In this document: positions 1 to 12,100 of the stretch, piece by piece
Numbering within the stretch: position 1 is the stretch's first letter
Layout of the letters: every line of letters starts with the position of its first letter
From: Malacoraja senta
Taxonomy: Eukaryota
Length of the DNA: 64,000 bases
Assembly: GCA_038087875.1 (NCBI GenBank)
Contig: CM075986.1
Location: 32,984,001 to 33,048,000 of the forward strand
Direction of reading: 5' to 3'
Made by a program: the position numbers and the translations under genes
Notes under the pieces: model-generated
What the model saw: only the letters and a program-made list of their open reading frames with translations
Told to the model about the DNA's origin: nothing
The model's database searches: none

Positions 1-158
1 GGGATGTTTTGCAGCGGCAAGAACTGGCAGACTAGTCAGGATCGAGGGAAAGATGAACGGACCAAAGTACAGAGAGATCCTTGATGAAAACCTGTTCCAG
101 AGCATCTGGACCTCAGACTGGGGCGGAGGTTCACCTTCCAGCAGAACAACGACCCTAA
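1..158 (+). mobile_element. Tc1/mariner transposase fragment
   Basis: Encodes ..GRLVRIEGKMNGPKYREILDENL..RRFTFQQNNDP (DDE region) and is interrupted by a MITE. Confidence 0.8.
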
Positions 159-660
159 TGGCTCTGTCCCACGGGTTTGCAGTCATTCGCGGTGAAGCGC
201 GGCGTCGCCGGAAGAGGGGACCGCACGGCAACCACGAGAGCGCCGCACGGATGCTGCGCGGGGGGCCAAGTACGGCCGGTTCCACGAGCTTGCGGTTTCG
301 GCTGATGACGTATTTTGGATCGCGGGGCTGTGGCGGCGGCCGTGCCGCACACGTACCTCACTGGCGGCTGCTGTGGCGCACACGTGCCTCACTGGCGGAG
401 GCTGTGGCGGTGCAGGTTCGACTCACGGCGCTCGTGCCGCACTGGCTGTGGCGGTGATCGTGCCTCACTGGCGACGGCTGTGCGGTAGGAACATTTTTTT
501 GGACAGTGTTGGTTTTTTTTTAGCACCGTGCGGTGTTGGGAACAACGCTGCACGGCCCCGGAATTGTGCGTTTGACCGAGCCCGCGGTCTCTGGCGGCCC
601 AGGAGCGGTAGATAGTTCCTGTTTCGCCGCCAATGACTGCAGACTCGTGAGACAGGCCTT
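159..660. mobile_element. PIF/Harbinger-type MITE
   Basis: About 35-bp imperfect TIRs (ctgtcccacgggtttgcagtcatt / aatgactgcagactcgtgagacagg), TAA TSD at 156-158 and 661-663, and internal GC-rich ~28-bp tandem repeats. Confidence 0.75.
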
Positions 661-738
661 TAAGCAAAATGGAATGAATATTGTTCGAATTAACATCCTG
701 CAGACCATTTGATTTAATTGAACTATATATTTTTTTAA

Positions 739-934
739 GAAGGAACTGCAGATGCTGGAAAATCGAAGGTAGACAAAAGTGCTGGAGAAACTCAGCTGGT
801 GCAGCAGCATCTATGGAGCGAAGGATATAGGCAACGTTTCGGTCCGAAGGGTTTCGGCCTGAAACGTTGCCTATATCCTTCGCTCCATAAATGCTGCTGC
901 ACCCACTGAGTTTCTCCAGCACTTTTGTCCACCT
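739..934. mobile_element. Fold-back Penelope-derived short element
   Basis: About 80-bp inverted arms (766-848 / 853-935), flanked by TATATAT(T)nAA direct repeats at 724-738 and 935-950. Confidence 0.75.
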
Positions 935-1455
935 TATATATTTTTTTTAATCCACTGTACAGGAAAGAAGGACCTGGAACATTGCTCACTTAGTCACTTC
1001 ATATGGGCCATTTTATTTGCAATGAACCTCTTGAAGTTGCTTACTGCTTGAAACGCATATATATAATGTCATGGATAGAGCACAAACTGGTGAAGTAACT
1101 CGGCGAGACAGGCAATGTCTTTGGAGGGCATGGATAGGCGATGTTTCGGGTCTGTAAAGAGGTCCCAATCCAAAAGGTCACTTATCCATGTCTTCCAGAG
1201 ATGCTCCCTGAGCAGCTAAGTTACTCCAACACTTTGTTCTAGTTTCCAGCATTGACAGTTCCTTGTGTCTATACTATCCGGGAACTGAAAAGGTCAAAGT
1301 GGATCCAATAAATCTTGCGAGAAATGCCCTTTGAATTCACAGCTTGTATCATATCTGCACAGCTGTGTGGTGAAGTCAATGATGTAATGCACCAGTTCTT
1401 CTGTTTGTATTTTGTTTTTCGGAGCTTACATTTTTAATTTCTTTAACATATGCAC

Positions 1456-1508
1456 TGAAGATGAACAGGCCCATGGAGCAAGTGGATCATTTAACTTTGG
1501 TGATAAGT
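1456..1508 (+). CDS. CCDC43: CCDC43 penultimate coding exon (53 nt, xEDEQAHGASGSFNFGDK+S)
   Basis: Not in the ORF track. It ends at T1508, immediately before a U12 donor GTATCCTTTT (1509), and splices in frame to 2579 to give ...[13 protein letters not shown], matching vertebrate CCDC43 (..SDKLLFRNTNVE.., recalled). The 5' boundary is placed after AC at 1454-1455; AG at 1459-1460 is the alternative. Confidence 0.8.
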
Positions 1509-2578
1509 GTATCCTTTTGCTAATGCATTTAATTTGGTGAATGATTCCTTCAGGTGCTTAGTATTTTATGATGGTAATACTTGAAAGCAATGCAGTTATG
1601 TTCTTTGGGCTAAAATTAGATGCATGCTTTTCAAGGTTTGTGTAGAACACAATTTTGTTATCTACAATGCAGTTTGAAGGATTCCCATCATTTACTGAAT
1701 ATTCTCAACTTTTATGGTGCTGAGTGGGCTAGTTTGGGTTATGGAGGATGCAAACCCATCGTTTGTATTCAAAACTTCGTGGATTAAAAAAAAAATCAAC
1801 ATTAGAGTCAGAAACACTCGTGCTGTTCCTCCAGTTTGCGTGTTGCCTCATTCAGGCAATGGAAGAGGCCTTTCAGCCTACAAAATGGGGTGCCAGTGAA
1901 AGGAATGTATGTGCAAGGGGAGGGTAGGGGAGAAGGGAAATGGAGCAATTGGTACGCATCCAAGTGGGCACAGAGAAGAGAGCGGGGAAAAGAGGGGGGT
2001 GTGGCTGTCGTTATTTCCAAAATCGTTACTACATTTAGGCACAGCTGCTCTTGGAGCTCCAATGTCTCTATAGACGGTCCTATATGAATGTCACATTTGC
2101 TACAGGTCTGGGACTACAGGTCTTAACAGGTACTCTTGAAATTCAAGGCATAATACTCCAGATTAGTAAGAATTACTAACTACAGTTTAGGCTTTTGATT
2201 TTGAGGGACCAGATGACAGGTCCACCAGTATTTTTGTTATTTTTACTTAAAAGGAGCTTTATGATAGGCCGGCCAACTTCCCATTACTGTTTACTTGTAA
2301 CCAAGACTATTTGAGTAATACATTTGATAGTTAAAGACAAGAGAACCATATTATATTTGTTATTATCTGACCAAGAACCAATAAAACAAGGGAACAGGTT
2401 AAACTGCATGTGTCCCATGGAAATAATTAAAAATAGGGATGATCAAGTTGTTTTAATACTTATGTTTCTCTTTCTGTTTTACTATTTTACAATGTGGATT
2501 TGGTCGTTTAGTAACAAATAAAATATTATTCTCTTTACCGGAACATTAAATAATTCAAAATCCTTAATATAACTATAG
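1509..2578 (+). other. CCDC43: U12-type (minor spliceosome) GT-AG intron of CCDC43
   Basis: Donor GTATCCTTTT at 1509 matches the U12 consensus. Branch site TCCTTAAT at 2561-2568 lies about 11 nt before TAG, with no polypyrimidine tract between them. Confidence 0.85.
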
Positions 2579-2766
2579 CTCTCTTTAAAAATACAAATGT
2601 TGAGGCGGTTCTTGTTGCAAAAAAAGCAGAGAGGGACAAGGCACGTGACGATGCACAGAAGAAGAAAGAGCAAGATAAACTACAGCGAGAAAAAGACAAG
2701 CTTGCAAAGCAAGAAAGGAAAGAAAAGGAGAAAAAGAGAACACAAAAAGGAGAACGGAAGCGGTAA
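2579..2766 (+). CDS. CCDC43: CCDC43 last coding exon ([61 protein letters not shown])
   Basis: Manual translation from 2581 gives the recognisable CCDC43 charged C-terminus with stop TAA at 2764-2766. The acceptor AG is at 2577-2578. CCDC43 is the convergent neighbour of MEIOC in mammals. Confidence 0.92.
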
Positions 2767-3072
2767 AAATGATTTGTATAATGTTCCAAAGTGCAAAACT
2801 TGCATCCACAGATGTTACAAACTGCTGAACCAGCAACAATTTTGTTTTGAGAACTTTGAAAATGCCAAATTTTTGCAGTATATTATGTCAACTAAATCTT
2901 CATTTAGTCTTTTGTTATAGGCTATCAATTAAGTATTTCAGATTCTTAACGTATTTCAATTTGCCGTGTCTAAACATTTACATGAAAATAACCGACAGAC
3001 AAAAGCAGTTGGTGAAGCAGAACCCCTTCAGTGAAGGGAGATTCTTGTTCATTTGATGAAGTGTAACTGAAT

Positions 3073-3215
3073 AATAAAGGATGTTTTGGAGACTGAACTT
3101 TGTTTTGAAGAATTTTTCTTTGAAGAATAATCTACTCTCTAGTATAGACATTTCAATTCATTTATTGATTATTTTGAATTGTTATTCACTTTAATTATTT
3201 GATTTGGATAATAAA
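3073..3215 (+). promoter_or_regulatory. Candidate CCDC43 polyadenylation signals
   Basis: AATAAA at 3073-3078 and 3210-3215, in AT-rich sequence downstream of the stop codon. Confidence 0.45.
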
Positions 3216-3226
3216 GTGTGTTAATT

Positions 3227-4842
3227 ATAGAAACATAGAAAATAGGTGCAGGAGTAGGCTATTCAGCCCTTCGAGCCTGCACCGCCATTTGATATGATCA
3301 TGGCTGATCATCCAACTCAGTATCCCATCCCTGTCTTCTCTCCATACCCCCTGATCTCTTTAGCCACAAGGGCCACATCTAACTCCCTCTTAAATTTAGC
3401 CAATGAACTGGCCTCAACTACCTTCTGTGGCAGAGAATTCCACAGATTCACCACTCTCTGTGTAAAAAATGATTTCCTCATCTCGGTCCTAAAAGTCTTC
3501 CCTCTTATTGTTAAACTGTGACCCCCTAGTTCTGGACTTCCCCAACATCGGGAATAATCTTCCTGCATCTAGCCTGTCCAACCCCTTAAGAATTTTGTAA
3601 GTTTCTATAAGATCCCCCCTCAGTCTTCTGAATTCCAACGTGTACAAGCCGAGTCTATCCAGTCTTTCCTCATATGAAAGTCCTGCCATCCCAGGAATCG
3701 GTCTGGTGAACCTTCTCTGTACTCCCTCTATGGCAAGAATGTCTTTCCTCGGATTAGGAGACCAAAACTGTATGCAATACTCCAGGTGTGGTCTCACCAA
3801 GACCCTGTACAACTGCAGTAGAACCTCCCTGCTCTTATACTCAAATCCTTTTGCTATGAATGCTAACATACCATTTGCTTTCTTCACTGCCTGCTGCACC
3901 TGCATTCCTACTTTCAATGACTGGTGTACCATGACACCCAGGTCTCGTTGCATCTCCCCTTTTCCTAATCGGCCACCATTCAGATAATAGTCTACTTTCC
4001 TGTTTTTGCCACCAAAGTGGATAACCTCACATTTATCCACATTATACTGCATCTGCCATGCCTTTGCCCACTCACCCAACCTATCCAAGTCACCTTGCAG
4101 CCTCCTAGCATCCTCCTCACAGCTAACACTGCCCCCCAGCTTCGTGTCATCCGCAAACTTGGAGATGTTGCATTCAATTCCCTCATCCAGTTCATTAATA
4201 TATATTGTAAATAGCTGAGGTCCCAGCACTGAGCCTTGCGGTGCCCCACTAGTCACTGCCTGCCATTCTGAAAAGGACCCGTTTACTCCTACTCTTTGCT
4301 TCCTGACTGCCAGCCAGTTCTCTATCCACATCAATACTGAACCCCCAATACCATGTGCTTTAAGTTTGTATGCTAATCTCTTATGTGGGACCTTGTCGAA
4401 AGCCTTCTGAAAGTCCAGATATAACACATCCACTGGTTCTCCCTTATCCACTCTACTAGTTACATCCTCGAAAAATTCTATAAGATTCGTCAGACATGAT
4501 TTACCTTTCATAAATCCATGCTGACTTTGTCCAATGAACTCACCACTTTCCAAATGTGCTGCTATCCCATCTTTAATAACTGACTCCAGAATTTTCCCCA
4601 CCACCGATGTTAGACTAACTGGTCTGTCATTCCCCGTTTTCTCTCCCTCCCTTTTTAAAATGTGGGGTTACATTAGCTACCCTCCAGTCCTCAGGAACTA
4701 CTCCAGAATCTAAAGAGTTTTGAAAAATTATCACTAATGCATCCACTATTTCTGCGGCTACTTCCTTAAGTACTTTGGTATGCAACTTTTCCGGCCCTGG
4801 GGATTTATCGGTCTTTAATCCATTCAATTTACCTAACACCAT
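3227..4842 (-). mobile_element. CR1 LINE, 5'-truncated, young (371-aa RT ORF)
   Basis: RT motifs LDFQKAFDKV, PQGSVLGP, KFADD, with a CR1 3'UTR ending in TTTCTATG-type repeats. Confidence 0.92.
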
Positions 4843-5144
4843 AATTTATGAGACAAATTACTCGCCTTATAAATATGGTGATTGTTATTCTTGAACTGAA
4901 GATCAGTTTTGTAAATGGAGTTCTGTAGATGAGAGGAAAACCAATTTACTGAGGACAACCAATTGAAATCAATTTGCCAAACTATTTGCTTTTCTAGCAA
5001 GCTTTATCTTGCCCTCGCATGGGTCAATCTATCCTTCCACTTCATTCACTCCATCCATATCAAAGTGTAAGTTATGGGAAATCACATTGGCCTAAGATGT
5101 GTTTTGGTGACATTTCCAGTACATTAACGACTGCATTTGTGTTA

Positions 5145-6890
5145 TAGGGTCATAGAGTGATACAGTGGGGAAACATGCCCTGCGGCCCAACGCACATCGG
5201 CCAACAATGTCCCAGCTACACTAGTCCCACCTGCCTGCGTTTGGTCCATATCTGTCCAAACCTGTCCTATCCATGTACCTGTCTAACTGTTTCTTAAATG
5301 ATGGATAGTCCCAGCCTCAACTACCTCCTCTGGCAGCTTGTTCCATACACCCACCACCCTTTGTGTGAAAAAAGTTACCCCTTGGATTCCTATTAAATCT
5401 TTTCCCCTTCTTCTTGAACCTATGTCCTCTGGTCCACAATTCACCTACTCTGGGCAAGAGACTGTGCATCTACCCGATCTATTCCTCATGATTTTGTACA
5501 CTTCTATAAGATCACCCCTCATCCTCCTGTGCTGCAAGGAATAGAGACCCAGCCTACTCAACCTCTCCCTGTAGCTCACCCTCACTAGCACTGACAACAT
5601 CCTTGTAAATCTTTTTTGAACCCTTTCAAGCTTGACAATATCTTTTCTATAACATGGTGTCCAGAACTGAAGACAATATTCTAAATGCAGTCTCACCAGC
5701 GTTTTATACAACTGCAACATGACCTCCCGACTTCTATACTCAATACTCTAACTGATAAAGGCCAATGTGCCAAAAGCCTTTTTGACCACCTTATCTACCT
5801 GCGACTCGACCTTCAAGGAACCATGCACCTGTACTCCTAGATCCCTCTGTTCTACAACTCTACCCAGAGGGCTACCATTCACTGTCGGTCCTGCCCTTGT
5901 TAGATGTCCCAAAATGCAATACTTCTCTGTATTAAATTCCATCAACCATTCCTCCGCCCACCTGGCCAATCGATCCAGATCCTGCTGCAACGATTCACAA
6001 CCATCTTCAATATCTGCAAAACCACTAACTTTAGTATCATCGGCAAACTTGCTAATCTTGCCCTGTAAGTTCTCATCCAAATAATTGATGTAGATGACGA
6101 ACAGTAACAGGCCCAGCACCGAACCCTGAGGCACATCATTCGTCACAGGCCTCCAGTCCGAGAAGCAACCTTCCACCATCACCCTCTGCTTCCTTCCATG
6201 GAGCCAATTTGCTATCAATTTAGCGATCTCTCCTTGGAATTATCATATAATTTATCATATTATTTACAGTGTACTATGTTTACATATTCTGTTGTGCTGC
6301 AGCAAGTAAGAATTTCATTGTTCTAACTGGAACATATGACAATAAACACTCTTGACTCTCTTCTCTTGATCCCATGCGATCTAACCTTCTAGCCTACCAT
6401 GTGGTACCTTTTCGAATGTCTTACTGATATCCATGTACCCAACATCTACAGCTCTACCCTCATCAACCTTTTTGGTCACGTCTTCAAAAAATCAATCAGA
6501 TTTGTGAGACATGACCTCCCATGTACAAAACCATGCTGTCTATCCCTAATCAGCCCTTGCCCATCCAAATGCCTGTATAACCTATCCCTTAGAATACTCT
6601 AGTAACTTTCCAACAACAGATGCCTATAGTTCCCAGCATTTTCCCTGCAGCCCTTCTTGAAAAGAAGCACAACATTTGCCACTCTCCAGTCTTCTGGCAC
6701 CTCTCCTGTATTTAAGGACCACTCATAAATTTCAACCAAGGCTCCTGCAATTTCCTCCCTAGTTTCCCGCAATGTCCTCGGATATATCTGATCAAGCCCT
6801 GGAGATTTGTCTACCTTCACTCACGATAGTACCTTCAGTACTTCTTCGACCGTAACACTGACTGCTCTCAAGACACTTCCACTTCCTACA
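5145..6890 (-). mobile_element. CR1 LINE fragment (second family), with a ~130-bp LINE 3'-tail insert at ~6238-6368
   Basis: Frameshifted RT pieces: KSPGLDQIYPR, PQGSVLG, KFADD, HLEYC. Confidence 0.85.
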
Positions 6891-7688
6891 CTTGTGGAAC
6901 TTGAAGGTTTAATTGCTTTTTCAGCCAAATCCCACCTTCTTTCACCATCACATGGTCGTTCTATGATTCTTCCCTCTCATTATCCAGGTCCTCCGTGGAT
7001 TTTGAATGCCAGACTTAATGGATGCCATGTACATACGAACGAGTATTAGGGATGGATTTGCTAGCTGCTGTGGGCACCTTCTACTGGGTGGGAATGGGGC
7101 ATTTCTGCATGCCTTTTCTTTTCTCCCCCTCTACCCTGAGCCACAGCAATCAAGGGGTAATTTGCTCGCTTGTTGAGTCAGAGAGACTGGCTGGCAGTTG
7201 CATTGCTTGTTTTCCTGTTACAACTTTTGTTCCTTTGATCCTTTTGATAATGAGATTTTCTATGGAGATACTTGTGAAATGTCTAACCACATCCTGAACT
7301 GTGCTTCATCACCACAGTGGAGAATAAAGCCGTCAACTGCATCTTATCCATGTCTCACACCTCTTGCCGATGGTGCAAAACAGGAACAGGCTGTTTAGGC
7401 CCACAAGGGACAGGTTGCACCTTAACTGGAGGGAACCACCATCCTCGCGGGCAGGTTTGCTAATGCTACACGGGAGGGTTTAAACTAGATTGGCAGGCGG
7501 GTGAGATCTCGTGCAGGACAGAGGCACGTGAGAGGCTAGAAGTTGGTATGGAGGGTGGTGTGGGAAAGGTTAGTGGGCAGAATAGATACAAGATACATTT
7601 ATTTGGCACAGTGAAATGTGTGATCATACAGCCATACAATAAAATAAACACAACACACGATAGAGTTCAACATAAAACATCCCCACCC

Positions 7689-8347
7689 TAGCCCTGAAAT
7701 AAATGTGTTTCAAAAGAACCTATTTGATTATGGGTTAATAACTGGAAAAAAGCTTATCTTAAAATTCTGGAAAAATGCTCCAATACCAACTATAAACATG
7801 TGGATTTCAAATATGTTTGAAACATTACACCTGGAAGAGATAAGTCCTCCTGGCAGGCAAATCAGATCACGTGGTCTTCATTTATAGAACTACTACAAGC
7901 ATAAGGTGCAACAGTACTTTAAAAAGGTACCGATGTCAGGACTTGGTAAAGGGGGATGAAAGGTGGCGAGTTGGTATATCCCTTTTGGTAAAGGGGGATG
8001 AAAGGTGGCGAGTTGGTATATCCCTTTTGGTAAAGGGGGATGAAAGGTGGCGAGTTGGTATATCCCTTTTGCGCGATGTTCATAATAGAGTATCTGTTTT
8101 TCTCTTTTTTCTTTCTCTTTTTTCTTTCCTAGGGTCTATCTCTTAATCTCTTTTCTCTAATTTCTCGTCTCCTTTTGACACGCTTTTTAACACTATTTTC
8201 TTTCACTTTCTCTTTCTTCTTAATTTCAACCTTTTCTTTTTAATAGCTTTAAAAAGCTTTACATTAATTGTAATAAGATATACGTGATGTGCACTAATGT
8301 AATTGTTTGTAATTTAATGTACAAATAAATAAAATTAAAAAAAACAA
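7689..8347 (+). mobile_element. L1 3' fragment with poly(A)
   Basis: ORF2 C-terminus (YGLITGKKLILKFWKN..MWISNM) similar to 14640-14800. 15-bp TSD AAAACATCCCCACCC at 7674-7688 and 8348-8362. Confidence 0.85.
7943..8068 (+). repeat. Three perfect tandem copies of a 42-bp unit in the L1 3'UTR
   Basis: TTGGTAAAGGGGGATGAAAGGTGGCGAGTTGGTATATCCCTT x3. Confidence 0.95.
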
Positions 8348-9122
8348 AAAACATCCCCACCCAGCAGAATCAAAAGTTTCCCACTGAGGGAAGGCACCAA
8401 AGTCAGTCATCTTCCTCTAATGTTCCTGATGTTCACCCGTGGTCAGGGCTTCCCGAGCCTTCCGCTGTCGCCGCTCCGGGCTGCCCGATGTTCAGGCCCG
8501 CTCGCCAGGGTGATGGAAGTCCGACGTCGGGACTGGAGGACCTCCTCAGCGGCTTGGACATCCAAGTCGGGCACCTCCTACTGGAGTCCACGGCTCCCAA
8601 AGTCCGCAGGCCGCGCTGGGCGGAGATGCAACGCTGTCGGCCCTCGGCAAAGGGCCCCAGGACTCCTCGATGTTGTTCAGCGCCGCCCGCACTGGAAGCT
8701 CTACCAAACCCCAACTCAGCGATGTTGGAGCAGCGGCCCAACGCTCCGGAGCTCCAAACAACGATCCAGGTAGGCATCGCCCGCTCCGCGGTGAATCCAG
8801 CTCTGCGACTCCGCTGCTGAAGCTTTGGTCTGGGTCCCTGGCAGGAAAGGCCGCGCCAATCCAGGTGGTAGGCTGCGAGGAGGGGGGCGAGGACGCGACT
8901 CGGAGAATAGTCGTGTCCCCGCCAGGAAGCGACTGGGAAACAGTTTCCCCCTTGCCCTACCCCACTCCCCAACATAGAACAGTTAAAGATTCCCCAAAAC
9001 AAACTTTAAAACTGACTAAAAATTTAAAAAAAGATTGAAAAACAAACGGACTGCAGGCAGAGGCTGCCTTCAATGTGGCGCCCCTAGTGGTAACAATTAA
9101 CTTAATTAACTTAAGTTAATTA

Positions 9123-12100
9123 GGACTTCCGGTGGCGTAATGGAGTGCTGAGAGGCGCTGCAATTAGCTCCGCTCCCGAAGAAAGGCTTTAATGTGTTAA
9201 AAATACGAGTTGGAAGACGGGGGAGTTTTAAAATAATTACCAGGGCTGTTATTTAATTGTGTAAGAGGAGTTATCAGAAATCCTGCTGATAACGGTATTT
9301 TCTGATACTCTTAAATGCACAAGAAGAATCCCAAGGGACCTGCTACAAGATCCCAAGTGAAACAACGGACCATAGAGCTGCAAACAGCAACAGAAAGCTT
9401 GGAAGAAGAAGCAGATTTTCAAAGACTACCTGTTGAAATGGCTTCAAAGGAAAGACAGATGGAACAACTGGAACAATCGGTAAGAACTTCAATTACCAAA
9501 GACATTGCTAAAATGATACAAGAAGGGAACACAACATGAGAAAAATCTGTCTAAAAAATTTGAGGTAGTGATTGAGCAAATGGCTAATCTAGGGAAACGT
9601 GTTCAAGATATTGAGGAGGATTTAACTACTGAAATTAAGCATGTCGAAAAAGAATGTAACGAGAAATTTGATTCCATTCTCAATACTACTAAAAAATACA
9701 ACACGGTTATGGAAGAAATGGAAGCTGCGATGAGTGCTATGTCTGAGGAGATAAAGAGACTGAGAAAGGAGCAAGAAAGTGCAGGGGGCAACTTGCCAAA
9801 ATGACTGATAAATGCCTGTATTTGGAAGCCAGATCGAGAAGGCAGAATTTAAGAATAGTTGGAGTAAAAGAGGGAAGGGAAGCGGGAGGAAACCCTCGGG
9901 AGTTTGCTGCCAACTTACTTAAACAAGTATTTAAGCTGCCTGAAAACCCGAGAATAGACGTGGCTCACTGGGTTCGACGAGCTCAAACAAGGACAGGTGG
10001 CCCCCCAAGACAGATCATAGCGAAATTTCAAGACATCTCTGCTCTGGAAGATATTATGAAACAGATCCCATATGGATCGGATCTGATGTATGAAGGGGAT
10101 AATCTAAAATTCTTCCGTGACTATCCAGCTGAAATTGCTAGAAAAAGGGACATGTTCACAAAGACAAGACAGATTTTGAAAGGAATTCCTAATGTAAGAT
10201 ATGGGATTATGTATCCTGCAAAAATGAGGATCACTTATAAGACTGATGAACGTGCTTTCATTGACCCAGAAGAGGCATATAAATATGCACATTGTAAAGA
10301 GGACCGACTGATTAGGAGTTGGTCCCTTATAATATTACAGAGGAGAAGTGGCGAAGATAAGACTTTTTAAAATAAAAGAATGCGCTCGTTAAGATGGTGG
10401 TATCTTCCACGAGGCGATGGCTAGACATCTAATCTCCAGGGAATGTGAATTCAAGGTCGAACTGTTTGTCTCACTCTGAATGAAGGACTTAAAAACAAAA
10501 CGGAGCCGGGAACATGGAAAACAAAGCTGAGCCCGGGAACATGGGAAAATAACGCTAATGGATTTAAATATAAAAACTTATGATTTAAGAAAACTTTTTT
10601 TATAATCAAATACTAACATAAAATAATTAACTAATTGAACTAACTCAATAACACTAATCTACTATTGGGTAATACTGACTAATGTAAAATGTAATAATGA
10701 CTAATTCCCCTGAGAGGGAAAAGGAGGGCTTATTCCATGATATTAATTAATTACTAATTACTCCTAAGTTTAAGGATAATGAGCTAAATATATCGATATA
10801 ATCAACAATATACCAACAAACTAAAACGTATATAACAGATCTAGTCAAGCTGTACGTAAATGAGGGGGGAGGAGACTCAGATACTTGGAAGTTATCCAAG
10901 AGTCTGAATCTGATTAACCCCTTGGAACCTGCTGTTGTCTAATATAAAGACTGGGACTTAATTGGGGAGCGAAATGTAATAAATGTCGGTGTATAGGTAT
11001 ATACGGGTATACAACTAATATAGATACTGGTATATTTTAGTATATATTTAACGTTAGATTAGTTGAAGATGCATTTAGATATTTAGACTTGAATTGTTCT
11101 TTTTTAAAATATATATCTCAGTTTTGAAGCGGCCTTTCTTCCTTTTTTACAATATTTGAATAAGGGGGCGGAGTTTAATGTAAAACAACATCTACGGACG
11201 TTCATAAGAACTTAGCTACCACCTTTAGGTGGGTTTCTTGTTATAGTATCCTCAGATACTATAATATCACTTTTTTTTCATTATTATCTCTTCATCACCT
11301 CACACTTTTTTGTCTTTTTCAAGGTCTACTTTAAAAGGGCGATGCCAACAAAATTGAACAGTTGTGGACGACCACCCAACACCTAGAGGTCTGAGGTACT
11401 TGGTTGCACCATATGACTTAAGGGTATTAAAATGATTCATAATGTAAGATGATAAACAAAAGAAGATTGGAGGAATTACGTTTTGTAGCTGGAATATAAG
11501 GGGCGCTAATGAGCCAATTAAAAGGGGTAAGATTTTTGCCCAATTAAAATCACTCAATTCTGATATAATTTTTTTACAGGAAACACACTTGAAACATCAA
11601 ACACAGATAAGATTGAAGGCAAATTGGATCGGGCAAACATATTATTCTTCATTTACTTCTAAATCTAGAGGCACGGCTATTATTATTCGTAAAGGTATTC
11701 CATTTAAATCAAAGAATATTATATCAGATAAAGAGGGGAGGTATCTTATAGTTACGGGAGAGATTCACTCTACCTCATTTACTATGATAAACATTTATCC
11801 TCCTAATTTTGATAACCCTCAATTCTTTAATAAAATTCTTGATATAATTTCAGAGTTTAATTATCAAAACACGATAATAGGGGGAGATTTCAACTGCGTT
11901 CTAGATCCATATCTAGACAAATCTGCAAAACAAAAGAGGATTAACATAAAATCAAAAACTAGTGAACTCCTAAATACATATATAAAAAACACAAACATAA
12001 CAGATGTATGGAGGATTGCGAACCCAGTTGGAAGGGAATACTCGTTTTATTCAACGGTACATAAAACTTATTCACGTATCGACTATTTTTTAGTGGATAC

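Larger units (their letters stand above)
7586..9090 (-). mobile_element. GC-rich non-coding retro-element (~850 bp, interrupted by an L1 3' fragment)
   Basis: Colinear with the copy at 58931-59794. It has the same 5' end (CCACTAGGGGCGC) and an AATAAATGTATCTTG 3' tail. Confidence 0.7.

Noticed and set aside
2597-2920. 107-aa K/R-rich ORF from the track
   Set aside because: Wrong frame. The adjacent frame (2581-2766) gives the conserved CCDC43 C-terminus.
7943-8068. CRISPR-like array
   Set aside because: Contiguous identical repeats with no spacers, in a eukaryotic L1 3'UTR.
8420-9038. Overlapping GC-rich ORFs (also 53-615, 34961-35383, 48356-48937, 59118-59516)
   Set aside because: Expected from stop-codon scarcity in GC-rich repeats. 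Frames are not preserved between copies.
9078-9090. CTCF motif at the 5' end of the GC-rich element (also 59782-59794)
   Set aside because: CCACTAGGGGCGC is one base shorter than the CCASYAGRKGGCR core spacing, so it is not supportable.
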